Assembly: GCA_041694835.1 (NCBI GenBank)
Contig: JBGFRZ010000082.1
Coordinates: forward strand, 32,001-96,000
Source of the DNA: Ignavibacteria bacterium
GTDB lineage: Bacteria > Elusimicrobiota > Endomicrobiia > PHAN01
Direction: 5' to 3'
Length of the DNA: 64,000 bases
Shown here: piece after piece, positions 20,235 to 29,006 of the stretch
Layout: each line of letters starts with the position of its first letter
Numbering within the stretch: the first letter of the stretch is position 1
Translations under genes and position numbers: made by a program
Notes under the pieces: generated by a model
What the model was told of the DNA's origin: nothing
Databases searched by the model: none
What the model saw: the letters and a program-made list of their open reading frames with translations, nothing else

Positions 20235-21776
20235 TTACGGTATTATCAAAATCTCGCCGGGACGGACAATGCCTTTTTCAATTTTTTCCTTGTTCGCTTC
20301 GTAAATTTTGTTCCATTTATCTTTTGTGCCGTAATACCTCTGCGAAATCGACTGCAACGTTTCTCCGGGAAGCACCTTATGCGTTCTTGCGGCAGGTGGC
20401 GGCGGTGTTCTTTCAGGACGTCTGCGCATCTCCTCGGAAATAACAGACGGACTGGAGACCTCTACATTTAAAATATCGGTAATGTTTTTTTCGGGAGTTT
20501 TTGTAAATTCCGCCGGTGAGGGCGGGGTTGATATTAAAACCGGAATAATCTCTTTTTTCTGGACAGGCGCATAAGTGGATATTTCAGCGGTAAACTCCGT
20601 TAGAAGTAAGTCACCAGAGGCGGCCGGCCCCGATGAATATAGGGGAACTTCTAACGGGATAAATTGTTTTTCTTGCACGAGAGCGGGTTCAGGCGGTGGT
20701 ATCGGCAACTTTCTGTGTTCTTCGAATTTGACGGGATGGAATGTTTCCCGCGTTTTAACGACATCTTTTTTTCTTTCACCGAAATAAACCGAAATACCGA
20801 ACATATGACTCCCCGACATTTCAGACATACCCCCTAAAGGATACAACATCGCATAGTCGAAAGAAATATTTTTAATGTTCATTCCGAGACCCGCTGTAAT
20901 CCTCCTGTAATTATTGCTGCCAAAATTGAACCCTGTCCTCAAAACAAGTACTTCGTTTAACAATTTCTTTTCGACTCCCAAATTGACCGTCTGCCGTTCG
21001 GACGATATTACATAATCGGCGGCAAGCAGAAAATCTTTTTCCTCGTATGACGCTCCGAATACATTTCCGGCCGGTCTCTTGTATTTTTTATTATCTTCGC
21101 TTTCAATCTCCGTGTGATAACCAAATTTTATATTGCCGAACCGCAAAATAACTCCCAATGGAAAAGACATGAAATCTCTGTTATACGGTTCTCTAAATAC
21201 GGGGTCGACTTTTTGATAATTATCTCGTATGGGAATTCTTATCAAATAATTTTTGACGCCAGCGCCGACGAAAACAAAATTATGCGGGTTCCACGAAAAG
21301 TTGAGCGCATAAATTTCTTCAGAATAATAATCACCGAGGGAAAGACCGCTGTAGCCTGCGCCAAAACCGAAATTTCTAAAAGGTATTCCGAAAGAAAAAG
21401 AAGCGTTTGATATATTGCTCCTGTCATCTAGACCAATATGCAGTTTGCTGTAGCCAAACGAGAGAGTCGTATTTCTAAGAGACGAAACGCTCGATGGATT
21501 AAAAAACACAACTCCCGCATCCTCCGTCATAGAAGCCGCTGCCATACCGAGAGAACTTATGCGAGCGAAAGCAGGTTTTTCCTCGAAAGCCGCATAAAGG
21601 CAGACAATAGGCAATAGGCAGTGGGCAATAGTAAAATATAGGCAATAGGCAATAGGCAGTAGGCGGTAGTAGTTGGCGGTTGGCGATTTGTGATATGAAT
21701 AACGAGCCACAAGCCACGAGCCACGAGCCACCAATAAACTTTTAAACTCTTGAACTATCCTCTGTCTTTTATTCAT
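20235..21776 (-). CDS. PorP/SprF- or PorV-like outer-membrane beta-barrel with Pro-rich linker and C-terminal LysM
   Basis: AR..SLG.A......DA...FFNP start, alternating beta strands ending HMFGISVYFG; LysM HKVLPGETLQSISQRYYG...IYEAN...PGEILIIP; start uncertain because of heptamer repeats. Confidence 0.75.
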   Translation of the reverse strand: MNKRQRIVQEFKSLLVARGSWLVARYSYHKSPTANYYRLLPIAYCLYFTIAHCLLPIVCLYAAFEEKPAFARISSLGMAAASMTEDAGVVFFNPSSVSSLRNTTLSFGYSKLHIGLDDRSNISNASFSFGIPFRNFGFGAGYSGLSLGDYYSEEIYALNFSWNPHNFVFVGAGVKNYLIRIPIRDNYQKVDPVFREPYNRDFMSFPLGVILRFGNIKFGYHTEIESEDNKKYKRPAGNVFGASYEEKDFLLAADYVISSERQTVNLGVEKKLLNEVLVLRTGFNFGSNNYRRITAGLGMNIKNISFDYAMLYPLGGMSEMSGSHMFGISVYFGERKKDVVKTRETFHPVKFEEHRKLPIPPPEPALVQEKQFIPLEVPLYSSGPAASGDLLLTEFTAEISTYAPVQKKEIIPVLISTPPSPAEFTKTPEKNITDILNVEVSSPSVISEEMRRRPERTPPPPAARTHKVLPGETLQSISQRYYGTKDKWNKIYEANKEKIEKGIVRPGEILIIP

Positions 21777-21794
21777 TTCTATCGCCTGTCTTTT

Positions 21795-24700
21795 TTATCT
21801 CGCCACCACGACTGTGCCGTTTTTTATTTTATCTCCGACTTTCAACTGATAGATGTAAACTCCCGTCGGAAGCGCTCCGCCCGATTGTTCTTTGCCATTC
21901 CAAACCACCCATAAATCGCTCTTTTTCTCCATCTCTGCCACTTTATAGCCGCTCAAATCAAAAATCTCACCCGTGACACTTTCGGAGAAAGGATTTTCGA
22001 AAGTTACATTAAACTCATCGTTTATCCCATCGCCGTTGGGTGTGAAAACTTTCGGCCATGCGTTTAAAATTTTAAACTCCACCGCTCTTTGAAGAGAGCG
22101 AACCCTGAACTCCCCCGAGTATCTCGCATCTGCAATTAAATATGCCCCCAAATATCTCCCGCCAAGATTGACCCACTCCACTCCGTTAAACCAGAAGACA
22201 GCATAACTGGCGACTTCTGAAGGTGTCTTTGAAACTGCGGGCGACGAAGCAGTGAGGTTTTCAAGTTGAAATTTAAGAGTCAGAGGTTTTTTGAATCCAG
22301 TTTTTATCAATGCCCCTTCCCTATCCATTATTTCAACCATATACGAGAGTTTCGTCTTCTGGTCGTCGGGTGGGTTTTCTTTCTTTGTAATTTTAACGGA
22401 ATAATCCGGTCTTAAAATTTCGGGTTCAGCAACAATTTGGAATTTGCCGTTTTCCGAATGATGAATGTTTTGATTTGGTTCGCCTGCCACCAATACTGCC
22501 GATGGCTCGCCAAGGACTCCAAGTGTATTTATTGCTCTAACCATATAATAGATATTAACGTCAGAGACCAAAGCGAGTGTCAATGTGCTAGAAGATGCGG
22601 GGACAAATGCCACATGGTTAGAAGTAAACAAGTCGTCAAATCTATGGGCCACGTAAACCCTGAAGCCTGCGAGGTTTCCTGGAGAGGAACCATCTGTATT
22701 TTTAATGGGCGCAGTCCACGAAAGGACTATATCTTTTGTATTTGGGATATCAAACTTAAAGTTCGTTGGAGGCAGGGGTCTTGCTGAAGGGTTTGTATAA
22801 AAACTCCAGTCAGTTGTTGGCGTAGAGCGACTCGTTTTATCTACTGCATAAACCCGCCAGTAATAGGTGCTGTCGACCAAGAGGGTCTTATCGAGGGGGA
22901 CTTGATACGACAAAGAAGCAATATTTGAAACAACTTTTCTTGAAGAAAAATCGGGCGATGTCGAATGCCATAACTCATAAACCACAAAGTCTTCAGGGTC
23001 TGGGTCAAAAGAAGATGACCACGAGAAATTAGGCATAAGCGTTTCTATAATGGCCCCGTTGGCTGGGGAAAGCAGAGAAAACGCCGAAGGATTTTCTTCA
23101 ATTGAATTTACCTTGAAACTTAAAACACTTGACCATCTCTGATTGCCCCATATATCGCAAGCAACTGCCCTCCACCAATAAGTTCCGTTCTCTTTAAGTT
23201 CCAGGGTTATATATGAAGTGGTTGTAATTCCGACTGAAGACACAAAGACATTGAAATTTTCATAAGACGAATAATGGACATCATACCAGAATGTATCCGA
23301 TTCGGGGTCTGAACTTGGTGACCATATTAAAGTTGGCGTTCTAGTCGAAATTATCCCTGATGGACTAACAGGAACAAAAGGGTTTGGTGGCAGATTGACT
23401 GCAATAAAACTTCGCGATAGTGTATCTGTTGAACCCGTAAGTGTTGAATGCGCCGTAACATACCAGTAATATGTCGTGTTGTTGGACAGGTCACTTTGAA
23501 ATGTATATGAGGTAATATATATCGGAGAAATCTGAGTTTTAATGGCAAAAAGCGAATTCGTGGAATAAGTCAGAGTGTAATAATACACATAATCATAAGG
23601 GTCAGGGTCTGTTGTTTCCTGCCACAAAAGAGTGGGCTTGAGATAACTATAAAAAGAGCCATCCAGTGGCGAAAGCAGAGAAAAAGCTTTTGGATTTTCT
23701 GAAGTTGCATCAACTATAAAAAACCAGGTTGAGGAATGCGTCATGGCATTAAAGGAATCAATAGCAATAACATACCACCAATATGTAGTGTTTTCATTTA
23801 GCGATGTAGTGACCGAAAAAGGTGGGGAACTAATTCCGACTGAAGAGACAAAAATAGAGAAATTTGAGACGGAAGAATAAAAGATGGAGTAGGTGACGGT
23901 GTCCCCATCCGGATCGATTGCACTTTGCCAACTTAAAGACAGCGTCTGGGTTCTAATTATTCCCGAAGATGCGAGCAAATTGAAACTGCCCGGCGGAAAA
24001 TTTACCGCTTTTACCGTAAAACTTGAAATTTCCGATTGCGTCGTCAGGTTATCCGGAGACGACCTTGCGACAACTCTCCACCAATACACCGCATCTTCCT
24101 GTAAATCTATCAATTGATAGTAGGTGGTGAGTATATCGAAAATGACTGGCGGGGCTGGAGTGGCTGTGGTTGAAGAGTAAGAAATTCCGTAATATACAGT
24201 ATTGCCGGGGTCTAAATCAATAGCGATGCTCCATCGAAGTGTCGGTGATGATGTAAAAATCATTGTGCCGCCCGTGGGCCAGAGAAGTGAAAATGGCTGA
24301 GGCGGTTCATTCACAGTATTTAATCTAAAACTGCCGGTTGACGACGAAACGGTTTCGCGGCCCGTCGTGTCTCTTGCATGAACCTTCCAGAAATACCTGG
24401 CGTTTTCAGTTAAATTCCACCACGGCGACCAGGATAACTGATTAATGCCCGACACTCTGGTAGAAACATTTGATTCAAAACTGATAGATGTAGAAATATA
24501 AACATTATAAACAACAAAATCTGCAGGGTCAGGGTCGGAAGAAGCGTTCCACCAAAGCGTCGGCTGAAGGGTACCGGTTTCTATGGTGTCATTTATCGGC
24601 TGAATAAGCGAAAAAGCCGTCGGCGATTCGCTCGTCGCATTTACAACAAACTGAGGGGTGCCGGTTACTCCCAATGAAAGTAGTCCTTCTGAATCCCTCG

Positions 24701-25433
24701 CATAGACACGCCAGTAGTATGTCGTGTTTTCGTTTAGCGCGGGGGTTGTCCAATTTGTCTGGGTTATATTCTCCACAACGCTTTTTGGCGAAAAATTGCT
24801 TGCGGTTGAATACCAAAGGATGTAACTCGTTATACTGTCGCCGTAGATATTGTCTGTGCCGACAGGAAATCCACCGGCATTTGTCACATCGCCCCATGCC
24901 AGAAAGACCAATGAAGAAAAAACAACTGTTGTCGGGGTTCCTGTGTAGTTGTAGCCACTTACATTCCCAGGTGAGTTGTTCTGAGTCGCCGACTGGGGCT
25001 CAGGACTTGAAGTGTCAAGCAGCGACCAGTTGATGTTGTCCGTCGAAGATTTTATCGCAAAAAAATATGTTATATTATTTACAAGAGATGAAACGACTCT
25101 CATCTCCGAGTTGCTGGAAGAAGTTGAAGTCGAAAATTTTATCCTGTAGGGGTAAGAAATCGATGTGGAGTTGTTTGTCCAGTCGGCTTCTGCGACTATT
25201 ACCCGGTAACTCGAAACTCTTACCTCGTACCATTGAGGCGCTCCTTCCGGCCCACCTGGAGCTGTCCATTGAAGGGTTATGTGTCTGAAGCCGCTTGATC
25301 TTATTGAGAGATCGGTGACCTGATTTGGAACAGCGTTCAGGGTCGTTAATCCAAATAAAAAAAGTATCGTCGGCCAAAAAAAACGAACGGGGCGAAACTT
25401 ATCGATATCCGACAGTTTTGTCCGATGTTTCAT
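21795..25433 (-). CDS. Large secreted Fn3-like repeat protein with gliding-motility/T9SS type-B-like C-terminal domain
   Basis: Signal peptide; about 7-8 repeats of ~100 aa (F.LL.P...PTL.W....DPD...L.EN.TYYW.V.A); C-terminal VFTPNGDGIND...IFD..G...WNG...LPTGVYIY. Confidence 0.8.
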   Translation of the reverse strand: MKHRTKLSDIDKFRPVRFFWPTILFLFGLTTLNAVPNQVTDLSIRSSGFRHITLQWTAPGGPEGAPQWYEVRVSSYRVIVAEADWTNNSTSISYPYRIKFSTSTSSSNSEMRVVSSLVNNITYFFAIKSSTDNINWSLLDTSSPEPQSATQNNSPGNVSGYNYTGTPTTVVFSSLVFLAWGDVTNAGGFPVGTDNIYGDSITSYILWYSTASNFSPKSVVENITQTNWTTPALNENTTYYWRVYARDSEGLLSLGVTGTPQFVVNATSESPTAFSLIQPINDTIETGTLQPTLWWNASSDPDPADFVVYNVYISTSISFESNVSTRVSGINQLSWSPWWNLTENARYFWKVHARDTTGRETVSSSTGSFRLNTVNEPPQPFSLLWPTGGTMIFTSSPTLRWSIAIDLDPGNTVYYGISYSSTTATPAPPVIFDILTTYYQLIDLQEDAVYWWRVVARSSPDNLTTQSEISSFTVKAVNFPPGSFNLLASSGIIRTQTLSLSWQSAIDPDGDTVTYSIFYSSVSNFSIFVSSVGISSPPFSVTTSLNENTTYWWYVIAIDSFNAMTHSSTWFFIVDATSENPKAFSLLSPLDGSFYSYLKPTLLWQETTDPDPYDYVYYYTLTYSTNSLFAIKTQISPIYITSYTFQSDLSNNTTYYWYVTAHSTLTGSTDTLSRSFIAVNLPPNPFVPVSPSGIISTRTPTLIWSPSSDPESDTFWYDVHYSSYENFNVFVSSVGITTTSYITLELKENGTYWWRAVACDIWGNQRWSSVLSFKVNSIEENPSAFSLLSPANGAIIETLMPNFSWSSSFDPDPEDFVVYELWHSTSPDFSSRKVVSNIASLSYQVPLDKTLLVDSTYYWRVYAVDKTSRSTPTTDWSFYTNPSARPLPPTNFKFDIPNTKDIVLSWTAPIKNTDGSSPGNLAGFRVYVAHRFDDLFTSNHVAFVPASSSTLTLALVSDVNIYYMVRAINTLGVLGEPSAVLVAGEPNQNIHHSENGKFQIVAEPEILRPDYSVKITKKENPPDDQKTKLSYMVEIMDREGALIKTGFKKPLTLKFQLENLTASSPAVSKTPSEVASYAVFWFNGVEWVNLGGRYLGAYLIADARYSGEFRVRSLQRAVEFKILNAWPKVFTPNGDGINDEFNVTFENPFSESVTGEIFDLSGYKVAEMEKKSDLWVVWNGKEQSGGALPTGVYIYQLKVGDKIKNGTVVVAR

Positions 25434-25981
25434 ATCTTTATATGTGTGTAATTAAGCCATCTTATGATTTTTGAGAATACGCTCTTTTTCTCATTCCTCA
25501 CAATCTTGAGTGATGTGAGTTTAAGGTTTAATCTTCTTATCTCGTCCTCATACTGCTTGAGAGTATTTTTATGGCCGCTTATTGCGACCGATTGAGTATC
25601 GATAATATCTTCTTTTTTGTGCAGCACAAGCAAGAAATCTTTTCGCCAGTTTGCGAATTCTTTCGCCTGAACGGAAATCTTCGCCAACTCGTTTTTCAGA
25701 GTTTCTATCTCGTCGCGAAGTTTTTCGTTTTCTTCCCTTATGCTGTTTTTCTCATCCTCAAGAAGTTGCATTTTTTGATTGCCATCCTCCGCCATCCGAG
25801 ATAAAATCTCATTCTTTTTGTTTAAATCAGATCTCAGTCTTGTGATTTCGCTCATATACAGATTGTTTTTCTCTCTGAACAAAGATGATTCTGGCATTTC
25901 ACCACGACAACCGAATTCATCCTCGAGGCGCTCTATCTTTTTAAGAAGCTCTGAAACTTTAGTTGCTCTTTGGCTTGCCAT
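25430..25981 (-). CDS. Coiled-coil protein
   Basis: Heptad-rich 183-aa ORF overlapping both neighbours. Confidence 0.7.
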   Translation of the reverse strand: MASQRATKVSELLKKIERLEDEFGCRGEMPESSLFREKNNLYMSEITRLRSDLNKKNEILSRMAEDGNQKMQLLEDEKNSIREENEKLRDEIETLKNELAKISVQAKEFANWRKDFLLVLHKKEDIIDTQSVAISGHKNTLKQYEDEIRRLNLKLTSLKIVRNEKKSVFSKIIRWLNYTHIKI

Positions 25982-28900
25982 CGTTTCTCCTTATCTTGAT
26001 TATGGGTTCGTTCAGGTTTTCCCAGAACTTCTTAAACGACGATGCCTTCTTTCCTTCTGAAAACTCTCCCTCGCCCTCTTTATCGACAAATTTCCTAATC
26101 GCCTTCTTGAGTTCATTTATTTCCTCGTCCTTAATTGAGATTTCAATCTCACGGGCTTTGTATTTTTTTGTTATTTCATCTATAATTTCTTTCAGCTCAA
26201 ATACATCCGAGGTTGCGATTTTGGTCGCTGAATTTTTCAGATTTTCATAAGCGTCCGATATCTCTCTCTTCTGAGATTCCATCTCCTCAATTTTTCCGCG
26301 ATACTCGCTATTTAAAAGCGATATATTTTTCTCGAGGTTCTCCGCTCTCGCTTTTAGTACCGCTCTTTCCTCTTCTTTCGCCTTTAACTCGGAATCTTTC
26401 AAAGACAGTTCTTCCTGTGCGGTCTTTATTGAGTGCTCCATTTCGGCTCTTATTTCACTTAACTCTGAATTCAGGGCGGATTTCATCTGCGATTTTTCTT
26501 TTAAAAGGGTTTCAATCTGATTTCTGTATTTCTCCTCCATCTCCCTTTGAATTTCCAATTCCTTCCGCCTGTAGTCGAGATGAAGCCTCTCGATTTCTCC
26601 CTCTTTCGAAATGATATCGGCTTTAAGTCTGTCTTTTTCATCGTACCACTTTGTGAGCATCTGCTCATAATTTTTTTTAGACTCTTCGACCTCTTTCCTA
26701 AGACGTTCGAACTCAAAGGCATTTTCCATCTCCACTTCCCTTCTCACTTCAAGCTCCATCTGCTTCCATTCGGCATTCATATTTCTTATCTGGTTTTCTT
26801 TTAGAACAATATCCTGTTTGATGTTGTTTGCTTCTTTTTGAGCCGATGAAATCTCCTCTCTGAGTTTAACGGTTTCTATCTGATAGTTCTTCTTCTCTAA
26901 TTCAAGAGAAGTGATTTTTCTTTCAATCTCGCCTTTCTCAATCCTAGAATTATTCAGAATCTCCTGCTCTTTCATCAACTGCTCGGCGAGCTTTCTGTTT
27001 AACTCTTCCTTCTGTCTGGCGAATTCATTTTGGACTTCCCTGATTCTTGCGTCGGCATCTTTTTCTCTGAGTAAAATCGCGTGATTCAGATCGGACACCG
27101 CTTTTCTTGCATGTTCAAGCTCAAAACGAATGTGCTCCGCCTCTTTTGAGAGCGCATTACAGCGCGACTCTTCCTTTGAAAAACTCTCTATCAGACGATG
27201 AATTTCCCCGTTAAGCTCCGATATTTTGCTTTCATATCCGCCGATAGTTTTTGATTTTTCCCTCTCAAATTCTTTTGCAAGGTTTGCGACTTCTCTTTCC
27301 GCATCTCGCTGAATATTTACAACATCATTCCTGAGCGACGTGATTTTGGCCTCACTTTCGCTCGTCAACCTTGATATAGTCTCCTGATAATTCTTTTCAA
27401 TTTCCTTTATCCTGACTTCGGCCTCCCTCTCTTTTAGCTCGATAGCGTGATTGCTCTCCGCTATCTTATGACTTGCGTTATCGAGCTCAAAAGTTATCGA
27501 TGCGATTTTCTGCGAGTATGAATCGTTTTTAGATGATAACTCGACTATATGACTTCTAGAGTCGGTCAGATCTTTCTCCATGATTTTTTTGTCCTGTTCC
27601 AACCGCAAACTCCTCATTTCAAACTCTTTCATTCGCGCCGCGTACTGTTGCATCTGATTTTCATATAAAGAGTCACTTCTCTGTGCGTCCTGTCTCAGGA
27701 TAGAAATTTTCTGCTCATACTCCGCTTCTTTCTGTTCAAGCCTCTGCAACCATTGGGCTTCGGCGATTCCGAGTTGAGCTTCCTTTGAGCTAAGTTTTGA
27801 GTCGTATTCGGCCGAAAGGGTTCTCAATTTTTCTTCGTAATGCCTTTTAATGTTTTCGAGTTCGGTTTCCTTCAAACGGACGGCGCTATTAAAATCTCTT
27901 TCGTGATCGGCGAAATATACCTTCAGAGATTTTATCTCCTCTTCCTTCTTTTGTATCTCAAAACCAGATTCCTGGATTTTTTTGTTAAGCTGTTCCTTGT
28001 AAAATAATATCTCCCTGAGAAGTTTGTCCTGTTCTGTTTTAGTCTTCCCCTGGAAAAGCGCAAACTGCGTCTTCAGGAGAAAATACTCCTTCTCTTTCGC
28101 TTCGGCACATTTGACGAGTTCGTTTTTCTCGGTTCTCATCTTTTCAATAAGATGGACGAGCTTCTCGCCCTTTTCTTTCTGCTCCCTTAATTGAACCGAA
28201 GACATTGCAATCTGCGCCTTTATCGCAAGAAACTCTCTATCTCTTTCTTCAAGTTGTTTCAGGAGAATATTTTTTTCTTCCTGATTTTTTGCGACAGATT
28301 CCTTCAAGTCCCTCAAAGCGGCGTCTCTGTCGGATTCCATCCTTGAAATCCTGTTTTCAAAGTCGTCTTTTTGTTCAAGCAGATTTTTCTCGAATGCAAG
28401 CTTCAGTTTCGAGAGCTCTTCTTCTTTATTTCTCAGAGATGTGGACCATCCAAGTTTTTCTTCGTGCCATTTTCTCTCGAGATCTTTTATCTTCAGGGAA
28501 AACTGTTCTTCAATCTCTGTCTCCTGGAAGTCCCTCTGCTGCATCTGTGTCTTTAACGTCTGAACCCATGTTTCTCTCTCTTGAGAGAGTCTTTCCTCAA
28601 GTTCTTTTATCTTCGATTCGGCTTTCGCTTTCGCTTCCTCTATTTCCTGCTCTCTTTTTTCCCGCCTGAGGCGTTCTTGAATGTCTTTTATAGATTCCTC
28701 GACTTTGGAGGCCATCGCTTCTTCTTCCTTAGACTTCATCATCTGTAAGAGAAGTTTTTCCCTTTCCTGCTGAAGTTGATTCTGAAGTTCTATTATCTGC
28801 TGTTGAAGTTTGGTGGCGGACGCGTCGGAGGCGGGGGTGTCCAAGATGGGCAGATGCTGTGCGGGCGGCTTCAGAGGCAGCCCGGTCCTTTTGGGGAGTA

Positions 28901-29006
28901 CGGGCGAGCCCGAAGATGGTTTCGGGGGCAGCGGTAGATTTGGTTTTCCTCCTGCGTGTTGACCTTTCGATGGCAAAGGCGGAAGTTTGGGTTTTTTATC
29001 TTCCAT
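25959..29006 (-). CDS. Long coiled-coil protein with Pro-rich N-terminus
   Basis: 1015 aa, E/K/Q-rich, almost no Pro after residue ~60, no ATPase motifs. Confidence 0.8.
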   Translation of the reverse strand: MEDKKPKLPPLPSKGQHAGGKPNLPLPPKPSSGSPVLPKRTGLPLKPPAQHLPILDTPASDASATKLQQQIIELQNQLQQEREKLLLQMMKSKEEEAMASKVEESIKDIQERLRREKREQEIEEAKAKAESKIKELEERLSQERETWVQTLKTQMQQRDFQETEIEEQFSLKIKDLERKWHEEKLGWSTSLRNKEEELSKLKLAFEKNLLEQKDDFENRISRMESDRDAALRDLKESVAKNQEEKNILLKQLEERDREFLAIKAQIAMSSVQLREQKEKGEKLVHLIEKMRTEKNELVKCAEAKEKEYFLLKTQFALFQGKTKTEQDKLLREILFYKEQLNKKIQESGFEIQKKEEEIKSLKVYFADHERDFNSAVRLKETELENIKRHYEEKLRTLSAEYDSKLSSKEAQLGIAEAQWLQRLEQKEAEYEQKISILRQDAQRSDSLYENQMQQYAARMKEFEMRSLRLEQDKKIMEKDLTDSRSHIVELSSKNDSYSQKIASITFELDNASHKIAESNHAIELKEREAEVRIKEIEKNYQETISRLTSESEAKITSLRNDVVNIQRDAEREVANLAKEFEREKSKTIGGYESKISELNGEIHRLIESFSKEESRCNALSKEAEHIRFELEHARKAVSDLNHAILLREKDADARIREVQNEFARQKEELNRKLAEQLMKEQEILNNSRIEKGEIERKITSLELEKKNYQIETVKLREEISSAQKEANNIKQDIVLKENQIRNMNAEWKQMELEVRREVEMENAFEFERLRKEVEESKKNYEQMLTKWYDEKDRLKADIISKEGEIERLHLDYRRKELEIQREMEEKYRNQIETLLKEKSQMKSALNSELSEIRAEMEHSIKTAQEELSLKDSELKAKEEERAVLKARAENLEKNISLLNSEYRGKIEEMESQKREISDAYENLKNSATKIATSDVFELKEIIDEITKKYKAREIEISIKDEEINELKKAIRKFVDKEGEGEFSEGKKASSFKKFWENLNEPIIKIRRNDGKPKSN

